A stretch of 64,000 nt of DNA from Botryllus schlosseri (Eukaryota), in NCBI GenBank assembly GCA_051294905.1, contig CM119372.1, forward strand, positions 6,512,001-6,576,000. Direction: 5' to 3'. Shown piece by piece: positions 53,664 through 64,000 of this stretch. Made by a program: the position numbers and the translations under genes. Each line of letters begins with the position of its first letter. Position 1 is the stretch's first letter. The notes beneath the pieces were generated by a model. That model did no database searches. It was not told where the DNA came from and was given only the letters and a program-made list of their open reading frames with translations.

Positions 53664-54507
53664 CGTGACAATAGCCGGTTATAATAGGCGCTGTAATTGA
53701 GATATGGTATCTCATGCTACCTCGCGCGTCTAACGCGGCCGCTGGATTTTTGTAAATACCTGCGGTTCGCTGTGATCACACAAATATTTTTGCACTGTTA
53801 GCACTGACCCTTAATCAACCGTTATTTCCTTCTTTGCGATGCGTACTTGAGCAGTACTTGAGGAAAAGCACCTCGGAAGCTAGTTTCGACACCGCACTTG
53901 TTATGCAGTGATACTTTTCTCGATATCGCGGTTTCGATGCTACGCCAGGATACGCTACTATTGAATATTATCGGGTTATTTTGTGTATAGTTTATGGAAA
54001 ATTCACACGCATCCGCGTTTTGCCGCCGTCCGCACATTTCCCGGGCGTGTTTGTGTTCGCTAGCGATGATTGTTTCGGTTTGGCACTTTATCGCTAAACT
54101 GTCGTCAGGCGCCGGTGACTTTTCTCGCAGCTGCGGGTTTTGTTTGTTTCTGTTCGTATTTTGTTTTGATAATATTTTCCTAAAATATCTCCTGCGTTCG
54201 AAAAGTGTTAGTGTTGATAATCTGAAAACGGATGATGATCAGAATTCAGGGTGTGTTAGCGAACGAGGATTGGATGCAGGTGTTGTGACGTTTCGCATTT
54301 GCAGTGGCCGTGTCAAAACTACAAATTTCTGGCCAGTTCTGCGATTTGCAGTCTTTTGATGTGGTGATTCGCGGTGTATTGATGTGGCAAGGGTAAGGGC
54401 CGCCACTGTGTGTATGCATGCAAGGCAGTTCAGCACCCATGCTATACGCGTTCACAAAGGTTGGTAGAGCAGCGGCTACAGATGATATTATGCCGGAACA
54501 GCATCGG

Positions 54508-55847
54508 CAGGCCGTGTTATTTTTGGCATTTCAGGAGCCAGATGCCAAAAATAAAAATTTGAAAATGCCAAAAATAAGCAATTTTTGGCATATGCCAAAA
54601 ATAACACGGTCTGCCAAATAGTGTATTTCGTTCATGGTGTTGTGTTAACAGGACCGCGTTACAAGCGAGAAGACCGTTTGTGAAAGGCAGGTTTCTTAAT
54701 CGGGGTCCAGCCCACCCATTAGGGGTGAAAGCATGGTGTCCTAAATGGTGTGGGCACAGCGTGATTGAACGGCTGACTGCATTTGGTTTACGTCATACTT
54801 TCCATTTATCCAAAGGCAATTTTACGACCATTTTTGACCGCCTTGTCGAGCGCTAAATTTGATAAAACGGGTATCAATGAGAAGCTGCCGCAGTACCGAT
54901 TATTAAAATATAAATTATATTCTGCTCATGGAGCTGGAACCCCCAAAATCAACCACGATTTTTGCATTGTGATCGAGTTGAACATTGTGACGCAACAAAC
55001 TGTCTGGCTATTTCTGAGCTGCATAGTCTAGTTTTGCCAGACAGTCTTGTTGCGTCAATGTTCTTAAACAAGCTAACATTCCCAGGACTCTTCAATGCGA
55101 GTTGGTAATATTAAAGCCACCTGAAGTGACAAAAGTCCTCCGAAAATATATCGGTAGACTGAAGGAGAAATGATAGTCGGGCTACTAAATAGAATGTGTT
55201 GAGAGACAACACAGGAAACTCCTGGAAAAGGATCGGGAAGAAAATTATTTCAGCGATGAGATCGATGGCACTGGCGAAGTGATCTCTTTTCATGATGCAT
55301 GGAAGACGGTTCGGCCCTCCAAAGATTTTGAAGCTCGGAAAACTTTTTGTGGATGACTGGCAACATTCTATCCCTCAACGGCTACTGTTGAAGCCGATAT
55401 TTCCCAGATTCGCTTGGCGAGAAATGAATTTAGGAGAAACTTAGCTGGCCTGAGTTTGGAAGCACTGTTACAGTGCAAACGATTTAAGTCTATTCAACAG
55501 CTGTAACAATCAGCTGTTGAGCGTGTTTGTTAGGCTTTTTTTTGCTTATTGGCATCGATTCCGATGGATACTGCACATTTTGTGGTTTCGTTTGATATTA
55601 TTATCCTATGAAATCGTTAGGTTTTTTCTTCTTCTTATTGTTTGTTGGCACTGATTATACGTGGATGCTGCACATTTTGTGGTGTCTTTTGACAAACTAG
55701 CCCAAATAAAGCGTTTTCGTGACTTATTCGAGGCTGAAACCATCTATTTAGAGGACGATGTCAAAACTGCCAAAAATAAAAATCGAAAAATGCCAAAAAT
55801 AAGTTATTTTTGGCAGTTTTGGCATATGCCAAAAATAACACGGCCTG
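54508..55847 (+). mobile_element. Internally deleted hAT-superfamily element with a transposase C-terminal fossil
   Basis: TIRs caggccgtgttatttttggcat / atgccaaaaataacacggcctg, TSD agcatcgg/agcatcgc, tgccaaaaataa subterminal repeats. Confidence 0.88.
55081..55506 (+). pseudogene. Decayed hAT-like transposase C-terminus (in-frame stops)
   Basis: Single frame PRTLQCELVILKPPEV...IECVERQHRKLL...SFHDAWKT...FCG*LATFYPSTATVEADISQIRLARNEFRRNLAGLSLEALLQCK. PSTATVE(A/S)D(F/I)S corresponds to the hAT catalytic-Glu/dimerisation segment. Four internal stops. Confidence 0.7.
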
Positions 55848-56149
55848 AGCATCGCTCACTGGTTGCTAATTCCGGGCTCCACCCATAGCACTGCGCTAGC
55901 AACACTGTATCGCAAATGAAATTTCACTATGGGACAGCTCTTGTCCTTCGAGATGTTTTCATCACTCTGAGAGCAACTTCAGGTATGGGCGGATCTGCTC
56001 TGTCGACTTACCTATACGCCATTGGACGATATTGCTTATTACGGATCGCAAAACAATAGATCTTCAGCAGCGACAGTAATTTCACAGTAGATCAATTTAT
56101 TCATTTCTGCAGTGTCGTAACAACCACGCCTGTCCCGCTAACTTACGTG

Positions 56150-58290
56150 ATCGGTAGGGCGATTTTTTTTTTGACTTGTCAAAATATGTCAAAATTTTCT
56201 CAACATTGTAGCGTTGGCTCAAAAAATTGTCTACAGAGTCAAAATTTTTTTGCAACGTGCATTTCGTTTCATTGTAAATGTTTGCACTGTCGGAGAACTT
56301 ACGATTTGGCATTTTACAGCTTGACTTTACTGCTTACAGCTTCACTCATTGTGAATCGTAAACGGTCAAACGAAACAAATAGGTTGACATGGTGTTATGC
56401 TCAACGTACCACAATATCCTAACTGAAGCAAGACTGCGTAGGCATTGGTTCTGATATCAAGAAGTGCATTATGAAAAATTGTGATTTAGACCAGTGGTTC
56501 TCAACCGCCGGTCCGCGGACCGGTGCCGGTCCGCGACGACATTCCTGCCGGTCCGCCAGGTATATTATAATTTTATTCTTTAATTTCAAGATGCAATGTT
56601 GAACGCTGGTCCATTGATAAAATATATAAAACATCAAATTTTAAACTCATTCATAACTTCGTGAGGTAACATTAGGGCTGGAAACATGTTCGATTTGACT
56701 TAAAGTTCAAGACGTTTTATTTGACGACATGCGAGCGACAAATACAGAACAGATACGAGCTCACTCATCGCTAAACAGCGCAGTTTGATCATTGGTTTTC
56801 GATTCATTCATTTTGTGCAGGAACGTAACTGGGGGATCGCAAACCGCTTAATTAGAGAGGGGCCAAGCTTGAAAAGGACCCAAAATTATTTCGCCAATGA
56901 ACATAAATCAGCGTATTTATTTGAAACTTTTTCCAGCATTTTTCAATTTCTTTTCGCGCTTTGCACGAATTAGTGTGCCTAAATGTCTTGCTTAATAGAC
57001 GACCTGATTTATAGGCATTTCGGCGTCAGCCATTACCGCGTCACGACGCACCAACACATAATGAGGTTTAGGTTAACATGGGACTCCTAAAGGTGGACCA
57101 AAAATTCGGCCGCGAAAAACCGCTTCGGTTGTGAATGATCGAAAATTTTAGCCATTGGCGCGATCAGTTACGTAAACTCTCTGCTTACGCTGAGTAGAAT
57201 ACATGTGATCACAAGTACAGGTGAAATATCCACCCAACTGTAGGGTCTGGGGGCGAATCCCCCGGAAGTTTGGCTTATCGCCCTGTAGGGGTCCCAAGAC
57301 CAACGTTTTTGGGGGTGGGCTGAAGAAGTGCTTTTCGGCCCGGATTTGTGGATGGCCGGTATAGCTGCTGTAATGTGTTTTCTTGCGGCACGCATTGTAT
57401 TCGTAGTTGGCAGAGTAGCCTTGGTCTGGTGGCAGTGGGTATGAGCAAGGTAGCACGACAAGATGCTTGGTTCGACTCCGATACGCTTCTTCTCTCGATA
57501 TTATCAAAGAGAAGAATATTATTGGAGTTGGCGTGGTCGCTTAATCCAACGGCCTTCGGCGCGAAAGACTGTAAACGAATCTCGGCGGTAGCACGTTTAT
57601 CTTGCAAGGCAATTTTACCTCGACTCGGAAGACTCACTACCATAAAATCACATGGATGCCATCGTGAATATAATTAACTACGATCAAAACCCTCTAAATG
57701 TCACTCTATAGCACCGTATAATTGCAAAAAAACGGTTGCATTCTTTACATTTTGGCCTCATTTTGAAAGTTCACCGGTCCGCCAGACATTTTTTAAAATT
57801 TTACCGGTCCGCGAGGCGAAAAAGGTTGAGAACCATCGATTTAGACAACATTATCAGAATGAAGCAACACGGTGTGCCACCAGCAGCGTGTACACAACTT
57901 CAGTGTTGCCGTGCCAGCCAACAACTGCTGCTGTAGGACGATCTTTCTCCATTCTTGGCAAGCTACTTAGTAATGAAAGACAATTTCTACCAGAGAATGT
58001 AGGAAAGTATCTTTCGTCGTAATACAACAAATTTTAGTTATGTCTACCATAATGGGTGATGTAACTACTGGAATTCTTCATAGGTCCAGATTTCGTTAAA
58101 ATAAAGTTTTTTCATTTAAAATTTGTCAGTTTTCAAGTCGAGAGTTTTTTCGGACCAAATTACTTACAAAGGTCAGACAATTCCAACCAAAAATGAAGAT
58201 AAGTAGTACAATTATAACATTATGTGCAATTTTTTTGATTTTTTAGGTCAAAATCTGCCGTTTTTAGGTCAAAAAAATCGCCCTAGTGAT
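56150..58290 (+). mobile_element. hAT-like element with a transposase C-terminal remnant, split by a nested MITE
   Basis: Ends tagggcgattttttt / aaaaaaatcgcccta. Removing the nested MITE gives ...IMKNCDLDNIIRMKQHGVPPAACTQLQCC/QPTTAAVGRSFSILGKLLSNERQFLPENV, a hAT VERSFS-type motif. Confidence 0.75.
56492..57838. mobile_element. hAT MITE (CAGTGGTTCTCAACC TIR, CCGGTCCGC repeats), nested
   Basis: TIRs cagtggttctcaacc / ggttgagaaccatcg, perfect TSD atttagac. Confidence 0.88.
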
Positions 58291-58583
58291 TAGCATTATG
58301 ATAGGGCAAAATAGAGTACCTGAATGATTCGATTCTGAATCGTATCGCTGGTTAAGTGGTTCTGATGTCGCGACGATATGAACGATGCGTAGAAAGCTCA
58401 AATATGTATCTTTTCTGCGACCAAAAGGAACCTAATACCAGTTCCATACCACATTATTATTTGTTATTTTTCGACCTTTTTATCTATTTTATTGCACTTT
58501 GTGACAATGTTGTCATTGCTGTGGGTTGATCGCGGCCTCACAGATATGTCTTTGCCACAAATGTGTGCAGCTTTGTCCTGCAT

Positions 58584-59970
58584 CAGGGGCAGGTTACCTC
58601 TACGGTCGGCGGGCCGGATTACAGAATCGATACAGTAATCACGTATTTATCCACCTATACAAGGAATAAATCGTATTTAATGTAAACTTTAAGTTTAAAG
58701 CATAGAGACAAAAACAGCATTTAATGAGCTACTGACCTAATGTACTTCAATAGCCGTTGAAGTCAAACAGACATCTGTGGTGGATCAACGTTGTCAACAA
58801 GTTCTTTGAACTCTGGCTACATGTCGGACGTAGGAACCACCCTGACCAAAGAATGCACGGGGACATCAGTAATATTGGAACGCAGCCTTGTCTTGTTAAT
58901 GTTCATTGTTCATGTTGGTCGAAAATGTTAGCTCGCAAATGTATGTAGACCCGAACAGAACAAGTATTTTCAAGAGCATCTTTCTCAGGTTGGCAAACCT
59001 AGATTCATTCTCTGACGCATAAAATCATTAGAAATAATGCCTAGTCCTGCTCATGAAATTACGGGTGCCCATTATTTCATAAGAACAGCGGCTTGAACCG
59101 AGATTTCTCCGGCAAAAGATATATTCTTCCTATCACTACTTCGAAGTCAAGTTTCTCAAATACGAGCGACAGACCCAACACTAAAAAGCGCGCACTCTAT
59201 ACTGATGATCAGACACCGTCTGGCATATTAAGTTTACGGTTATTTGTCTCTTTGAGTCACTGAAGTGAAGTAGCATGTAGCAAGTCGCAATATCAATTCT
59301 TCCGACATGAGCAATCCTTGACCAAATGAAAAGAGTAAAGCTGTTACTCAGAAAAGCGGCCACCACCGTGCCAGTACCCATTCAATTCTGCGAATACCAG
59401 AAAGAATCTACGAGTGCCGGCGAAAATTGTAAATACGGTACGTATTCGGCTCACTTTGTTTTCGCCGACTAATACCCGTTCAACGAGTATGAATATATTG
59501 TCATACAGTCCTTATTTATACTATACATGTTCTTATTTCGGAGGGTGATGTCTTCAGAAATGTATTGTCTTTATTGTCTGTCATATTTTCCAAAAATAGC
59601 CTGCATAACTTTCATCATTCCACTCCGATGCTATTTTTGTGGTCAATCTGTAATATTGCAACTCAACTTTGACATGATGTCATAGCACAGCATTTGATGC
59701 CACTCTCATCCAGAAATTATACCAACCCAGCGTACACGAATACCTCCACAAATGAAACTACATTGATGTTAGGCTAGACAACTAAATGATTTATAGTTTA
59801 ACACACCACACACAGGCTTACAACATACGGCTCGCATGCGGGATGACTGAATCTGTGAACCTCACAATGGAGTTTTGACGTCATACCGCTGTGGGTTTCC
59901 CCCAGTCATCGTGCCAATCAAATGACATATATTACTCATCAATATCAGGCTGAGAAGTTGCCCGACCCTG
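58584..59970 (-). mobile_element. Decayed Buster/Charlie (GTF2IRD2/SPIN-like) hAT element with a transposase C-terminal remnant (about 58760-59000)
   Basis: The minus strand reads RFANLRKMLLKILVLFGSTYICELTFST/MNINKTRLRSNITDVPVHSLVRV..TS..PEFKELV; FGSTYxCE is the Buster signature. Ends caggggcagg / gttgcccgaccctg. No TSD found, so the limits are uncertain. Confidence 0.7.
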
Positions 59971-62900
59971 GATTAACACAATTTAGGGATTATTACAAAG
60001 CTAAATCGACAAAAAATAATAAATTTTGAAAGGATTTTCGTGTGAATCATTTCAAGTAATTTAACTGCATCAAAATCAGGGGGAAGGGAGAGTGCCTCGT
60101 GCACTGCAATGTTACATTAACTTAGAAGCCATCTAGGTGAGGGAATCTAGACTATACTTACAGTCAAATTAGTATCCAAAACCACTAAAAATGCGTCTGA
60201 TAATGATTATGAAAATTTAGGTTTTCAGCCGTCCTTGTTTTTGGAGGTGTGTCGATGGCAACCTCGAGTATAGGTTTCTCTATTCTCTCGGGATTCGCCG
60301 TTTCCATGCACCTCAGACTCCTGTGATTTAAAGTTCAAGGCTTAAGTATCGTAGGCCACGTTCGATCGTATTACAATATCATAGAAAAATCGAAATCCTA
60401 CACTGTAGCAGTAAAGATTTATTGAGTTGAATTTACACGCGTATGGTGAAACACGGCCCGAATTGGCGTATATAAACACTTGGTGCGGGAGTAAGGTTTA
60501 CAGATTTGATGCGGTCTGACGTCTTGTAGCAGCGAGAGAATCGCAAGGCTTGTTCGATGTTCATTTTTAAGTCGCATGTATCGGCGCGATGAGGATTGTA
60601 TAAATATATCATGGTCTGCCAATACGTGTCTTACCGCTCCATTCAGAAGAAAGGCAAGCGTCACTGTGTAAATTCACGGCGTGAGAACGCGTATTTTGCC
60701 GTTACGGAAGCCTACGTTCCCCGTAACGCAAAGCAAAAGATCCGAAACGCGTTCCGTAGGTATGTTGTTGCGTTGCGAGTCGAGAAATTACAGGTGTGCG
60801 ACACGGCATCACCGACATGCTAAGTGCAAGTAGATCGTGCGAGGAAGCGCGCGGGTCACCGAGAGGTCTTGATGGGGCCAGAGCAGTCTCGAGATGCGGT
60901 TACGATTGCGAGCTTGGCAACGTTAATTGTCCCTCAAGCGAATAAGTCGTTCAAGATCAGTTTGACGCATGTTTCGCGTCTCGGCCTATTTAGACAACCT
61001 TGCGAACAGGTGTAAATGTTTTCGAAGGGTGGAAATGAACTTTGCCTATTGTAGCGCATTTTCGGTGCCCGTCATTGCTTCTAGACACTTGATTCTCAAC
61101 AGACCGTTGACGATTTCAACGACGGACGTCAAAATACCCCGGTTTCTCTTACGATAAACTGTAAACGTGAGACGAATCTCAAGAGAATATTTTAATGTCC
61201 TCCAAAATTGAAGAGGATGGATTTATAATTCGATAATCCGATCATGTTCTCTGCGCAAGTGCCCGGAGCAAAGAGTCAAGTGTGAATTCTCGAGGGTATC
61301 TTGGTTATGTAAGAGATTTTGGGTGAAATGAGGAATATGAATTTAACTGAGCAATAATATTTGGGAAATTGTGACATTGCATACGGCTCTGAAATTGGCA
61401 GACGCGTGCTATTTTTGCTTAGTGAAAGTATCGTGTGTGAATATTTACGGTAAAAGCGCGTCAGCACACGTTGAACCGCGGCGAGAAACCGAACCGTGTA
61501 TTCGTCGACAATCCGGCGAATGCAGTCAGTTTGTCCTCAAACTTGATCGAAGTGTTTCGTATCAGTTACAGGTGTTGATGCCAACAGGCACGCTACTCGT
61601 GTAGTGTGAATTTCAAGTACACAGCGTTTTGAAAAGGGCGGTTTTCCATCAAACAAAGACGCGCTGCTGCGCTGGTGTCATTTGCCGCACTGGAATCCTA
61701 GGATTGTTAATCGTCTTTTGCACGACACATTATATCCTTGATTTGAGGTAATTAAAACGGTGCGAGTTACATAAAAACCAGTGAATGCACTACTCGGATG
61801 CAGACGAAACTGGGATGGAAAGGGGCGCCAGTACCGTGGAAACAAGGCGCATGCTGACATCGAAATTCTGGCGACGTATAGTCCTTTATTCAGAGATTGT
61901 ATAGGCGAGAATCCTACTCCGTCGCCAATTAGCTAGTAAAGCAAGTGAGTTTGAGAAATTCGCGCTAGATTGTATGATGATAAGGACCTTTAACGGTTTA
62001 CTGTTTTGAAATTTTGAATCACTGCACTTCAATGCTGGAGAAATATATTTTAGAAGGCGAAGCGTATATATATAATGTGGTGTATCGTTGCATCATTCTG
62101 GTTACATAGGACTATCGAATTCGTGCAATAGACGTGATAAAAATACGACATCCAGAAAACATTCTATAGCAGCTGGAAGATTTGTACGAATGTCGGGAAT
62201 AATTATCTAATCCTATTAATGCGCTGACCCTTCAACCAAGGTTTTAACAGAGTTTATCGATTGATTCGAAATCAGACACTATATTCACGCTTTTGCTCCG
62301 TTTCGGCACCAATTTCATTATGAATGTTATTTTCCCACGTTCGGCAGAGGCAAGCGTGTTTGCCGTGTCCAGGTGTGGGGAGATTCAGTGACAAAAATTT
62401 TTGACGCGCATTGAATATAAGTTTGCAAGGCGAGGAAGCAACATACAACTTTGATGCGCCGAACGGCCGGTAAATATTTTAAAACATTCGAAGGAATTTC
62501 AAACGTTCCACCATTTCTTCCTAGAAAATGGCTCGTACCTAAGCACGTGCCTAAACTTGGACTATAAAATGAGCAATGGGCATACGGTGAAATTCGAAAT
62601 TTGTAAAAATGGCACGGTGTAAAATAGTTCCGAAGTGCGCAGCGGGTGCGAATGAAATCGGTTTACGCGGGTCGTTGCATATTTAAAGACCGAGTAATTG
62701 CGGTTATATTTGTGGTTTGTCACGTATCACGTAATTTTATATCTAGAGTAAAATATATCATAAGCAAGCGACAGCGTCCACAATCACAGCAGGACTGAGT
62801 CTAGTATGTTCACTAGTTATTTGGTTGTGTTTTACAATTGAGATGCCGGGCTATTGTCACTATATTGTTACATATGTGTTTGTGTGATTTTCACATTCAT

Positions 62901-64000
62901 GTATATACCATGGTGTGGATATTCGTATCGAGCAGACAAGTCTGTCATGCACATGCCGTGGACTATTCAGTATTCAGTTTCCTGCTACATATATCCATCT
63001 ATGAATCCTCTATGCTTTAGCCTATCTTAATCTGGAGTACAATTGTAGAGACATTTGTAGTTCTCAGATTTAGCTTGGTCAAGAGTCTAGTAGCAGAGTA
63101 ATAATATATTCGAAGCTGAATCGCGAAAATTTGCAAGTATCTGGGATATATCTATATGAATATCAACTAAAACATACATAAATACGTGAATTGCAAATTA
63201 CCGGCGACACAACATTTACTTTTCACATGTCCTGCAATTCATTATGAAACCGTGAAATGAAATATCTTGTAGTAAAACTGAAATAGTTTAGAGTCGTATT
63301 TCAATCAGCTAATCCGTTCCGCTTTTTGTTTATCTTGCGATATCTCAGACAGCATATTGATATAGTGATACAAATGTACAACTGAGAAAACCATACTTTT
63401 GACACGCAAGCGCTCTCGACGGCCTGGTAAATGAAGATTTACAAGCAAACACCAATTTATGTTCTGCTAGCGAGTTTCGTATGGAGTTGGAGCTCATTAC
63501 TCGTCAGTGCTACATGGTGGTGAGTGAATAGTTTATAATTAAGGAGTTGATATCAAAAGTATATTGGGATTTTCACCTGTTGCTCTTGCGAGAAACAAGC
63601 AAAAAATAAACAATTGATTTTGCGTCAATGATAACAGGTAATTCGTAGATACCCATTCCCACACTATATGACAGTGCATCACTGCATCATGGTGGCATAT
63701 AGACTGTAATCACAATATCATTCAATGCAGTACCATGATGGGCCTGTATCCATTACAATTATATATTCCTTTGGATTTATAACAATGCTTTTTTAATACT
63801 TTTGGTTTTCCAAAAGTGATGATGTCGGTTTTGCATGCGATTTGTAATTTTTCTGTTAAATGTCCGATGTTCAAGTGCATGATGGTGGAAATAAGGGAAA
63901 ACGATACGCTTTAAGTACATGTATTCAATGTATAATGCTTCAACAATAATTAGATATATCATATGTGGCTAATTTCATTGATCAAGCATTGCGCAAATCT

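Noticed and set aside
57148..57677. Overlapping 97-122 aa ORFs on both strands
   Set aside because: They lie inside a MITE, have no recognisable protein motif, and are explained by locally higher GC.

Overview
Eukaryotic, AT-rich, intron-rich invertebrate genomic DNA. A tunicate/ascidian-like chordate is inferred from the FoxH gene and the MITE landscape; this is not proven. The ORF track is mostly noise, so gene models were rebuilt by hand from splice sites and reading-frame phase. The minus strand carries a tandem cluster of three 9-exon DEG/ENaC/ASIC-superfamily channel genes (4013-13212, 14638-21834, 25275-39642) with identical intron positions and phases. All three have the N-terminal HG motif, a 10-Cys thumb and an unusual GLWLGMS TM2 filter. 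The homologous intron-4 donor is GC in one paralogue, GG in the second and GT in the third. Head-to-head on the plus strand is a FoxH1 forkhead gene (core 47050-53663, probably extending up to 40993). Introns and intergenic DNA are packed with often nested, non-autonomous DNA transposons: many hAT MITEs with 8-bp TSDs, a 4-kb CACTA/EnSpm-like element, a Harbinger-like MITE, fossils of three distinct hAT transposase types and an RTE-like LINE 3' end. The last 3.6 kb is repeat-poor and has no supportable gene.
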